51,677 bases of DNA, from positions 80,807,745-80,859,421 of the forward strand of contig NC_068991.1 of assembly GCF_001194135.2 (NCBI RefSeq), written 5' to 3'. The notes below the pieces were generated by a model. That model had not been told where the DNA came from. It did not search any database and saw only the letters and a program-made list of their open reading frames with translations. Within the stretch, counting starts at the first letter, position 1. The number at the start of each line of letters is the position of its first letter. Source of the stretch: Octopus bimaculoides (lineage: Eukaryota). A program made the position numbers and the translations under genes. Shown here piece by piece: positions 12,345 to 23,100 of the stretch.

Positions 12345-12900
12345 GACAAATTCTTGATGCACAATACTGCGCATGTCATAAAAAACAATGAGCTTGCTTT
12401 TGATTCAGCTGCACTTCTGTCATTCCTTCTTCGGTCATGGAGATATGAAGGGTTCTTCCATTGTGACGACTACTCCCATCATGACAGCGGCATTCTGATG
12501 GAAATCCTGACAGACTTTGGTCTTTCTGCTCAGTGATCAGCAGGCGGGGTGGGGGGGAACTTGTCTGCACGGATCCATATGACAGAGCAACAACATCAGC
12601 AATTTGTTGATTGTCCTCCGACGATCCTGATGAATTTTCTCCACATTTCCAGGAGTGACACTCATGGAAGGTCTTCCAGATCACTCGTCATCTTCCAGGG
12701 ACATTCTTCTGCTTTTGAAACACTCATGCCACTTGAACCCATTGTCTCATTGTTGTAAGCTTGCCAAAGCATGCTCAATGTCTATGTAGCAGACTTTTCA
12801 AGTTTAATGCAACATTTCATGTTGCCACTTTGTTCCAACTCCCTGTCCATCACAAAATTGCAGACGACAGCATACACACATGATCACAAAAACACAAATT
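12345..12900 (-). mobile_element. Mariner transposase N-terminal relic
   Basis: Minus strand NMKCCIKLEKSAT*TLSMLWQAY resembles the mariner HTH start (IKFCVKLGKSATETL.ML..AY). Confidence 0.65.
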
Positions 12901-13157
12901 TCACAACTTTCAAAGTAAACACAACAATGTCACCCTGCCTCATGAGGGTCACTGCTAGCCCTCACTGCACACACAAATGTGTGTTGCCATCTGTCGGTGC
13001 ACTACAGGACTACTGAGATACCACCTCACATCATAATAAAAGAAGGGAAACTAGTCAGAAATATAGAGATATAGCTGGAAAACCTCTCCTGTTTTGCATG
13101 TCCAAAGATGTGGTGGTAGTGGTGTCTCTAATTAGCTAATGTTTTACCATTTCTTAC

Positions 13158-13171
13158 TTAGTCACCATCAT
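13158..13171 (-). CDS. BBOF1: Candidate first coding segment of the BBOF1-like gene (ATG ATG GTG ACT AA)
   Basis: Ends at a strong AA|GTAAGA donor in phase 2, matching the phase-2 start of exon 9656. No homology support because it is only 4-5 codons. Confidence 0.3.
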
Positions 13172-14019
13172 GCTTTGAACTGGTGTACACTGTGTTTACT
13201 TTCGAAATGATTCAAGAATAGTGAAACTGAGGATAATTCTTGTTGCATCCTACACACACACTCACACACACTAAAGTACATGGCATTTTATTATCTCATT
13301 CCTCCCTTGCCACTTTTCTTCACATAATTATCCGTCATATGTAATCAAGAATGATTCTTGCAGGAAATGTTTCCATCTGTGACGGAAATGTCACAAGCAA
13401 ATTGTAACAAAACTCGTTATTTTGACGAACTATTTCATATCTAATTAGATTGTCATTATGAGTAGTTAACAACCAGCCTCTTGGTGGTCATACTGTCTGC
13501 TAGAAAGAGCAGCGAAAATACATATCAGAAAACACTTTACTGTCATATCTAAATTAACTATATCATTATAGACAAACTAAAGAGAGTTTAAGTTTTGATT
13601 CAGTCTACTAGAAACACCAGCCAAATATCTCTCAAATCTCACTTTATCTTTATGTCGAAATTCATTATATAAATATGAGCCAACTCAGGAGTTAATAAGT
13701 TGGTGGTCAATTTGCTAGAAACACCAGCTCAAACATTTCTCAAATTGCATCCTACTGTCTTAAAACAAAAAAAGGAAGGACATATTCAATGAAGTAGCTC
13801 AAGAAGCATTATGTCTGAATGAAAGATATGTTGGTCATCACGGGGAGACTTTTGATCAAATGTCTGTCTGTTCAGAGTTGATCTATGGCTAAATAAATTA
13901 CTGGCGACAACTCTATCCCTAACTGCACCCTAAGTTACATCTTAACTGTGGGTTATTGACCTTACAGTAGGAGATTGATCACATTCTTTGGTAGATAGTT
14001 CAGAGAAAGCGATCCTGGA

Positions 14020-14617
14020 GGAAGCAACATGAGCCACCATTAGCCACCCCAAAAGCGGGTCTTCACCCTAAAAATGTCTTGCTTTGTGTCTGGTGGGATT
14101 GGAAAGGAATTCTGTACTATGAGCTTCTCCCAAGTAAGCAGACAATTAATTCTGAGAAATACTGCACACAACTGGACAAGTTAAAAGCAGCAATTCAAGA
14201 GAAACATCCAGAATTGGCCAACAGGAAGAGTGTTGTTTTCCAACATGATAATGCAAGACTGCACGTTTCTTTGGGAACCAGACAAAAATTGCTGCAGCTC
14301 GGCTGGGATGTGTTACCCACCCTCCATATTCACTAGATATTGCTCCTTCGGATTTCCACTTATTCAAGTTTCTGCAGAATAGTCTTAATGGTAAAAATTT
14401 CAATTCCTTGGATGACGTAAAAAGATACCTTGATGAATTCTTTGCCATGAAACTACCTCAATTCTGGGAAGAGGGTATTTTCAAGTTAAAGGAAAGATGG
14501 AGATGCATTCTGCAACAAAATGGTTCATATTTGGTTGATCAAAAATGGAATGGCAAGTATTTATTGACCTTTTTCTTTCCTTTACAAATCGGCACGAACT
14601 TTCCGGACAACCCAATA
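14020..14617 (+). mobile_element. Mariner (D,D34D) transposase C-terminal half with right TIR
   Basis: LCVWWDWKGILYYELL, FQHDNAR, (H)PPYSLDIAPSDFHLF, GIFKLKERW; ends aactttccggacaacccaaTA. Confidence 0.9.
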
Positions 14618-14651
14618 TATCAAATATACACAATATGTCACATTCTCTACT

Positions 14652-15135
14652 ATCATCATCATCATCGTTTAACATACATCCGTTTTCCATGCTGGCATGG
14701 GTCGGACAGTTCGACTAATGTCTGGGAAGCCAGGAGGCTGCACCAGGCCCAATCTGATCTGGCAGTGTTTCTACAGCTGGATGCCCTTCCTAATGCCAAC
14801 CACCCTGAGATTGTAGTGGGTGCTTTTTATGTGCCACCAGCACAGAGGCCAGAGGAGCTGGCATTGACCACTATCAGATGGTGTTTTTTACGTGCTACCG
14901 GCATGGGGCTCACAACTACAATTTCCATTTGATTTGATTTTGATATTGCTGATGTTGATGTACTTGACTCAATAGGGCTCCTCAAGCATAGCATGTCAAC
15001 CTATGATCCAAGGTACTTTTGAGTGGGCTGGTCATGTGACACTTTCCATGTCTTCTCAGTCTCAGCATACCTTCAGGGGTCATTGTCTTTTGTCATTGTC
15101 TCTGTGAGGCCCAACATTCAAAGGTCATGCTTCAA
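14652..15135 (-). mobile_element. High-copy SINE ((GAT)n-tailed family)
   Basis: (CAT)n-cgtttaac..tttccatgctggcatggg...ctacagctggatgcccttcctaatgccaacc, shared with many copies in the window. Confidence 0.8.
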
Positions 15136-15524
15136 CGAACCATGTAATTCCCACTCTGGAAAATTTATTTCTGTAAAATGTTGGGAGTGGGTAAAATTTC
15201 CAAGACTTCCACCTCACCTCACACCAACCCCTTTTCTGGACCCAAAATGGGTCACTGGAATTCATTAAAAAAAAAATTTCCAATGATTCCAGGATAGGAA
15301 GGGAGCTCTGGTTTCCCACCCCTTTTCCTTTTCAAAACAAAAGAAGGGATTTGCAGCATATTAAGAGGTCAGGCGGCGAGCCAGAAATTTACCCAGAAAT
15401 CAACTGTCCGAAGGTTGATTTCTGTAGTTATTTATTTATCAGTGTATTTTGGCGATTTAAATAAGAGTTTTGACTGTTATTTCCAGTAGGTAGGCATACT
15501 TAGTATGCCCTTTGATTAATTTTA

Positions 15525-15555
<31 letters not shown>

Positions 15556-15997
15556 GGCATAAGTACAGATGGATACACACACACCCCAACTTTGTTGCCT
15601 CATAACTTCCAGAAAAATGGATACTTTTTCAACAAAATCACTTAGATTGAGTGTTTGTAAATATTTGTTGGAAAAAGTATTCTAGAGGGGGTTAGGGAGA
15701 GGAGTTTCGGAAAATTCCCATGATCCGACATTTTCCCCCTGATGTCTGGGAAGCCAGGAGGCTGCACTAGGCCCCAATCTGATCTGGCAGTGTTTCTACA
15801 GCTGGATGCCCTTCCTAATGCCAACCACTCTGAGAGTGTAGTGGGTGCTTTTTATGTGCCACCAGCACAGGGGCCAGAGGAGCTGGCATTGACCACTATC
15901 AGAAATTAATGAAATTGTATACAAATACCTTTCTAACAGTGTAGATTACGATTACAAAGAAATTTGCTGACAAAATCTTTTGGAAGGGGGAGAAGAA

Positions 15998-16114
15998 GTG
16001 TGAATTAAGGGAGATTTGGCAGTTGTTTCCAGCACATCGCAAGACCACAAGGAAACGAGGAGGGAGGTCTTGGGATGTGCTAGAAACAACAGCTAGATCT
16101 CCCTTAAATCACAC
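15998..16114. repeat. Foldback inverted repeat, 49-bp arms, 19-nt loop
   Basis: 15998-16046 versus reverse complement of 16066-16114: 43/49 identical. Confidence 0.9.
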
Positions 16115-17170
16115 ATTTTCTTCTGAAATTATTAACAATTTATCTTTTTTAACCGAAAATGCTTCTCTCATGGATTTTAAGTGAAATTAGAGAAAAATGG
16201 CCAAAATCNNNNNNNNNNNNNNNNNNNNNNNNNNNNNNNNNNNNNNNNNNNNNNNNNNNNNNNNNNNNNNNNNNNNNNNNNNNNNNNNNNNNNNNNNNNN
16301 NNNNNNNNNNNNNNNNNNNNNNNNNNNNNNNNNNNNNNNNNNNNNNNNNNNNNNNNNNNNNNNNNNNNNNNNNNNNNNNNNNNNNNNNNNNNNNNNNNNN
16401 NNNNNNNNNNNNNNNNNNNNNNNNNNNNNNNNNNNNNNNNNNNNNNNNNNNNNNNNNNNNNNNNNNNNNNNNNNNNNNNNNNNNNNNNNNNNNNNNNNNN
16501 NNNNNNNNNNNNNNNNNNNNNNNNNNNNNNNNNNNNNNNNNNNNNNNNNNNNNNNNNNNNNNNNNNNNNNNNNNNNNNNNNNNNNNNNNNNNNNNNNNNN
16601 NNNNNNNNNNNNNNNNNNNNNNNNNNNNNNNNNNNNNNNNNNNNNNNNNNNNNNNNNNNNNNNNNNNNNNNNNNNNNNNNNNNNNNNNNNNNNNNNNNNN
16701 NNNNNNNNNNNNNNNNNNNNNNNNNNNNNNNNNNNNNNNNNNNNNNNNNNNNNNNNNNNNNNNNNNNNNNNNNNNNNNNNNNNNNNNNNNNNNNNNNNNN
16801 NNNNNNNNNNNNNNNNNNNNNNNNNNNNNNNNNNNNNNNNNNNNNNNNNNNNNNNNNNNNNNNNNNNNNNNNNNNNNNNNNNNNNNNNNNNNNNNNNNNN
16901 NNNNNNNNNNNNNNNNNNNNNNNNNNNNNNNNNNNNNNNNNNNNNNNNNNNNNNNNNNNNNNNNNNNNNNNNNNNNNNNNNNNNNNNNNNNNNNNNNNNN
17001 NNNNNNNNNNNNNNNNNNNNNNNNNNNNNNNNNNNNNNNNNNNNNNNNNNNNNNNNNNNNNNNNNNNNNNNNNNNNNNNNNNNNNNNNNNNNNNNNNNNN
17101 NNNNNNNNNNNNNNNNNNNNNNNNNNNNNNNNNNNNNNNNNNNNNNNNNNNNNNNNNNNNNNNNNNNNNN

Positions 17171-17215
<45 letters not shown>

Positions 17216-17589
17216 ATAATTCAATTTCATTTAATTAGTCAAGAAACTAATTTATATTATTTACATTATTTACATTTGACGGATATTCGTCCTCATCTTG
17301 TTTGTTGTTAACACAACGTTTCGGCTGATATACCCTCCATAACTAATTTATGTATGTATGTATGTGTGTGTATATATAAGCGTGTGTGTATAATTTAATA
17401 GATACTTAAACATGACAATTATCAATACGTAAAATCGAAACAAAACGAATAACCCACTCTGTCTTGCGAGCAACGTTTCCTTTCACCATTTTCTGCGGTT
17501 TAGCCACCAGTTCAGCAGGTTAAATTTTCAAGGTATTTATCCATTAGCGATAACGGTTAATTCGTGGTAGCCATGTCTTAAATAATTAT

Positions 17590-17602
17590 GTTGCATAGCA
17601 AC
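17590..17602. promoter_or_regulatory. Candidate RFX X-box GTTGCATAGCAAC
   Basis: One mismatch from the 13-bp X-box form GTTGCCTAGCAAC; in a CpG-retaining stretch upstream of the ciliary gene. Confidence 0.35.
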
Positions 17603-18002
17603 GAAGCTGTAGGTTCATGGGAAAAAAATGGGCAGGATATAGTTTTAATTGAAGTTTTGTTTTTAGATTTGAATATAGATTAATGACTCGTAGCTACGCA
17701 GTATTTCGTTATGCTACCATGATATACTATAAAGTATATTAAATATTTCTATAAGTCAATACTAATGTATTGCTAACGCAATAAACAGATTAGTTTTGTG
17801 TGCGTGCGCGCGTGTGTTCATTTTGTTCTGGAAAATATAATGAAATTTATTTCGTATGTGTATTTCGTGTGCAAGATTCTTGATGTGGATACGTGTGTTG
17901 AAAGAAATACAATTAAACCTTGGGAGAGGCATTATGCCGGTAATAAACACACGCACTGGTTCAGTCCTTTATTAATTTATATAGTTTTTTGTTAAATTAT
18001 TT

Positions 18003-18122
18003 CATTGCACTCTTGCAATCTCTTCAGTAACTTGTCTCTCCACTTCCATTTATTTTGAATATATATTCAAAATAAATGGAAGTGGAGAGACAAGTTACTG
18101 AAGAGATTGCAAGAGTGCAATG
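18003..18122. repeat. Perfect 120-bp palindrome (60-bp arms, no spacer) abutting an N-gap
   Basis: 18003-18062 is the exact reverse complement of 18063-18122. Confidence 0.9.
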
Positions 18123-18705
18123 NNNNNNNNNNNNNNNNNNNNNNNNNNNNNNNNNNNNNNNNNNNNNNNNNNNNNNNNNNNNNNNNNNNNNNNNNNNNNN
18201 NNNNNNNNNNNNNNNNNNNNNNNNNNNNNNNNNNNNNNNNNNNNNNNNNNNNNNNNNNNNNNNNNNNNNNNNNNNNNNNNNNNNNNNNNNNNNNNNNNNN
18301 NNNNNNNNNNNNNNNNNNNNNNNNNNNNNNNNNNNNNNNNNNNNNNNNNNNNNNNNNNNNNNNNNNNNNNNNNNNNNNNNNNNNNNNNNNNNNNNNNNNN
18401 NNNNNNNNNNNNNNNNNNNNNNNNNNNNNNNNNNNNNNNNNNNNNNNNNNNNNNNNNNNNNNNNNNNNNNNNNNNNNNNNNNNNNNNNNNNNNNNNNNNN
18501 NNNNNNNNNNNNNNNNNNNNNNNNNNNNNNNNNNNNNNNNNNNNNNNNNNNNNNNNNNNNNNNNNNNNNNNNNNNNNNNNNNNNNNNNNNNNNNNNNNNN
18601 NNNNNNNNNNNNNNNNNNNNNNNNNNNNNNNNNNNNNNNNNNNNNNNNNNNNNNNNNNNTTTTTGTATTCGAATTTATTTCGTGTAAAAAATTGTCTTAT
18701 TTCGA

Positions 18706-18968
18706 TAATTTCAACCAATCACTGACAAGTATTCAGTTGTTTATATTTACTCCTTTGGCTGATTAAGCGATGTAAAGCGTATTTAATCTCCATACCTTCG
18801 TTTGATTTGCTTTTTTCATTTTAAATTTGCTTTAACCCTAACCCTAACCCTAACCCTAACCCTAACCCTAGGGTTAGGGTTAGGGTTAATTGTTTCAGAA
18901 TCGTTTGTTTGTGTAGTCGGCACTTAATGTATATCGGCTGAATGGACGTCAGTGATTGGTTGAAATTA
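18706..18968. mobile_element. MITE-like element with 21-bp perfect inverted repeats around a telomeric-repeat palindrome
   Basis: TAATTTCAACCAATCACTGAC (18706-18726) inverted at 18948-18968; (TAACCC)6-TA-(GGGTTA)3 at 18833-18888. Confidence 0.6.
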
Positions 18969-19194
18969 CAGAAATACGAAACTTTCACATGGAATAACTT
19001 ATGGATTTTTTCTTTTAAGAAGACTAAGAGAAAAAGACGTTTTATATGACACATTCTACTAGTGTTCCAAGTTTCAAAGTGTTTCGTTAATGAAAAATGT
19101 GGCCCCCGTTTTAAAAAAGATCCCAATTTTCGTTTACCGATGCAGAAGCCCATGGTTGTCTGTAAAATTTTCTTTCATTCTTTAGTATTTTTAT

Positions 19195-19340
19195 TTATTT
19201 TCAAATTCCACCGAGGTTGACTTTGCCTTTCATTCATTCGGAATCGATAAAATAAATACTAGTTGATCACTAGTGTCGATGCAATCGACTAACCTCTCCC
19301 CGAAAATTTCAGGCCTTTGTACCTGTAATAGAAAAGATTA
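19195..19340 (+). mobile_element. SINE (gaggt(c/t)gactttgcctttcat family) whose 3' end is the LINE target site
   Basis: ttcaaattccaccgaggttgactttgcc...ttcaggcctttgtacc. Related copies at ~26740-26880, 31440-31790(-), 44600-44770(-), 47450-47650 and 48000-48130(-). Confidence 0.75.
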
Positions 19341-20164
19341 CCCAGGACATAATGTCCTGGGTAAGGCACAAAACTGCAACCGGTGGTGAAGCTCCAGTTC
19401 GGGAGGACAGGAGTTATGGGGAGCGTGGAGACACCTCTTAGTTGCCATTTCTCTGGCCCGGAGTGGTAGCACATGTTAGGGCCCCACCAATGGGTAAAAA
19501 TTGGATCCTCCCCTGCTGCCTTGCAGGATGCCTCTTTAGGCTAAGGCTACGAGAAGGAATCATCAAGTCCTCAACGGTTGATCAGGCAGACGAAGCGACA
19601 TCTATGTCTCTCAATGGCTGTGACAGCGGAAGAAGGCTATGCCAAGCGGGCTGGCTACAACAAGGCGTGGCCTAAAAGAACTGATCCATGGCAGCTCGCT
19701 GCAACTCACAGGTCAAATTCAGTACGTCTCCTCCACGGTGCCACTGATGACGTCCTCTGAGCCACGTTAGTGGTACTCCGCCTGGCAAGTGGCGGTCCAC
19801 CTTAAACAAAATCACGCCATGGCATCCCGTGCTATTTTCTTCCCTTTCCTACTCCCCCCGCTAAAGTCCTAAGGCGGCGGGCTACGGATAACGGGGACAG
19901 GCCCAGGTGGAGCTGGAAGTCTCTAGTTCCGATCCTACACGTAGGCGGCGAGCATGTGATGACCGCTCAATCAGAGACCTTGCGTCAACTCTGTTGGGCG
20001 GTAGCTATGTTCGCGACTGGACTGGCCTATTTAGGATTCCCGCAGCCCACCTCGAATGAGGAAGGACTTAGAAAAGGTGGGCTAAACATCGGATGTCGCA
20101 ACTCTACCCGGCTGAAAAGCTGCATTCAGCGGGTCACCCATTCTGCTGCCGAAATACTACTGTA

Positions 20165-23100
20165 ATGAACTTTGCTACTTGGAACGTTCGGACACTTCTG
20201 GATCACAAGGACACAAATCGACCTGCCAGAAGAACAGCCCTCGTCACACACGAACTGACCCGTTTCGATGTGGACCTCGCAGCTCTGAGTGAAACCAGGC
20301 TCTCAGGGGAAGGCTCACTTGAAGAACAAGGTTCCTGATATACGATCTTCTGGAAAGGAAAGGAGCATGGCCAACCTCATATGCACGGTGTGGGTTTTGC
20401 AATCAAGACAAAACTCGTAAACTCCCTCAATTTGACTCCGTCCTGCATCACGGAGAGAATCATGTCCATCCGAATTCACCTCTCAACATCTTCTTTCATC
20501 ACCATCTTTTTCATCTACGCTCCAATATTGGATGCTGAGGACAATATAAAGGAAGAGTTCTACCATCAACTCGACCAACAACTCACAGCTGTCCCCAGTT
20601 CAGATAAAATCCTCCTATTGGGTGACTTCAATGCAAGGGTTGGCAAAGACCATCAACTTTGGAAGAAGGTTGTCGGGAAAGACGGAGTCGGGAACTCCAA
20701 TGCAAATGGACTTCTTCTTGGACTGTGCTCTGAACACCAACTTGATGTGACAAACTCCTTCTTCAGGCAACGGAACCGCTTCAAGACCACATGGCAACAT
20801 CCCAGATCCAAGCATTGGCACCTCCTAGACTATGCCATCACAAGACAATGTGATCTCAAAGATGTTCTGATCACTCGTTCTATGCTGTCTGCTGACGACT
20901 GTTGGACCGACCACCGTCTGGTTGTCACGCGGATAAGATGGACTCTGAAGAAGAAGACATTCCCCCCAAGATCAAATTCACCTTCCCGGAGGAAGTACGA
21001 CACCACTGCCCTCCGAGACCTCCAGAAGGTCCGTCTATTTCAAGAGTCTGTCGAAAAGCAGTTAAATGAAAACCCCCCGTGTGACAGCTCTGATCCCAAC
21101 GCAGAGTGGACCACACTTAAGAACATCATCACCAAATCTGCGAGAAAAAACATCGGTTTCCAAAAGCGATCCCGTGCAGACTGGTTCGACTCAAACAGTC
21201 TTGAAATCTCCACCCTGGTTGATGGCAAGCGATTGGCACTCATTGAATATCTGAACAACCCCTCATGTTCCACGAAACTCGCCAGATTCAAGGAAGCCAA
21301 ATCACTCTGCCAAAGAAGGATTCGCGAGATCGAGAATCAATGGTGGCAAGCCAAAGCTGTCCAACTCCAATCCTTTGCTGACAGCCGTGACATGAGAAAC
21401 TTTTTTGCTGGAACCAAGGAAATCTACGGTCCCCAAAGATCATCAACATCCCAGCTGAAAACAGCAGACAACTCAACTGTCATCACCGAGAAGGATGGGG
21501 TTCTTCATTGCTGGAAAGAACACTTCGAAGCCTTGCTGAATCGCCCGTCCACTGCTTCTGAAGACCCGCCGAAGAACATTCCTCAACACCCTATCAGACC
21601 GGAACTGTCACGTTCCCCTTCCCATATCGAATTCATGACCGCTTTCAATCAAATGAAACTTAACAAAGCTCCCGGACCCGACAACATTCCCTTTGAACTC
21701 CTCAAAGCGGGTGGATCTGCTCTTANNNNNNNNNNTCCCGGACCCGACAACATTCCCTTTGAACTCCTCAAAGCGGGTGGATCTGCTCTTAGGGCAAGAC
21801 TCTTCATGCTGATTCTGCAAATCTGGGAGAAGAAACAGATTCTTCAAGATCTCAAAGATGCAGTTATAGGAATGCGTTAAATAGCTCAGCGGGCTGCGTG
21901 TTTGAATCACGTCGGAGGGTCACCACTTTATAGGTTGGTAGTCCAGAATCCATGGCCGCGTTTTTTCTTAGTCGGGGTCACCACTTTATAGGAATGCGTT
22001 AAATAGCTCAGCGGGCTGCGTGTTTGAATCACGTCGGGATCACCAGTATAGGGAAGTAGGTTATACATCATTAGATGTACACCTGACTTTCCTATATTAA
22101 ATTAGAAATTAACGGCAACGCTGAACTCCAAACTATCAACACAAACAACATTTATTCAAGGTGGAAAATATACATCTTCAATCTTGTTTGTTGAGACGTC
22201 TTCGGTGTGTGAGAACATGGTTGTTGGGACGTTGGTATATTGATGTGAGCTGTTTAGCGTGAGTTCGAAAGATGGAGAGACAGCTAGACACGTCCTTGCT
22301 CAATCGCTGGCCAGCAAGAAAGAGAGCGATCAAAGCGGGAAAGCTTGGTTGTTGAATTCCACGCATGCGTGAGACTACGCATGTGCACGGCGTTACTACA
22401 CAGTCATTGTCACCATCTTCAAGAAAGGTGATAGAAGCCTTTGTGGTAACTATCGTGGCATTTCTCTATTTTCAATCGCAGGTAAGATCATCGCTCGAAT
22501 CTTGTTACAACGTCTCCAAGTGGTAGCTGAGTCAGTTTTTCCTGAGTCACAGTGTGGTTTCAGAAGGACAAGTGGTACCATCGACATGATCTTTTGTGCA
22601 CGTCAGATCCAGGAGAATAGCCGGGAGCAACAGAAACCTGTCTTTTTCATCTTCTACGACTTGGAAAAAGCTTTCGACAGTATCCCAAGAGAGGTCATGT
22701 GGGATATCCTGCATCGTTACGGTTTTCCTGGAGGCTTCATTTCTCTGATCAAGGGTTTCCATGATGAAATAGAGGGGAAGAGTCCTTTATCAGACTGACA
22801 TCTCTGAAGAATTCAAGATCACCTGTGGCCTGAAGCAGGGATGTGTTCTTGCTCCAACCCTGTTTTCTCTCTACATCGCTGCCATGCTCTCCGAAATTCC
22901 AACAGACAACCCCGGAGTGGAACTCAGATGTAGATTTGATGGCGGACTTTTCAACGTCTCGCGTTTCCGATCAAGACGTCACTATCGAGAGCACAAGATC
23001 ACTGAGCTTCAATACGCCGATGATAACGCAGCCCCAGCTTCAAGTGCAGAGNNNNNNNNNNNNNNNNNNNNNNNNNNNNNNNNNNNNNNNNNNNNNNNNN

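Noticed and set aside
17290-17340. Hammerhead-like 3' half on the minus strand (CAGCC-GAAAC-GUU)
   Set aside because: The CUGANGA half and the 5' strand of stem II are missing; at most a truncated Penelope-type remnant.
18833-18888. Telomere-telomere fusion scar
   Set aside because: The orientation is (CCCTAA)n then (TTAGGG)n, the opposite of an end-to-end fusion; the tract is short and sits inside a repeat-like element.
21670-21790. ~55-bp tandem duplication (PGPDNIPFELLKAGGSAL twice) in the LINE ORF
   Set aside because: The two identical copies flank a 10-N gap, the typical signature of unmerged overlapping contig ends.
21865-22052. CRISPR-like repeat-spacer appearance
   Set aside because: Eukaryotic context and no cas genes; the repeats are tRNA-Trp 3' end plus LTR terminus. 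Reported instead as a PBS-module array.
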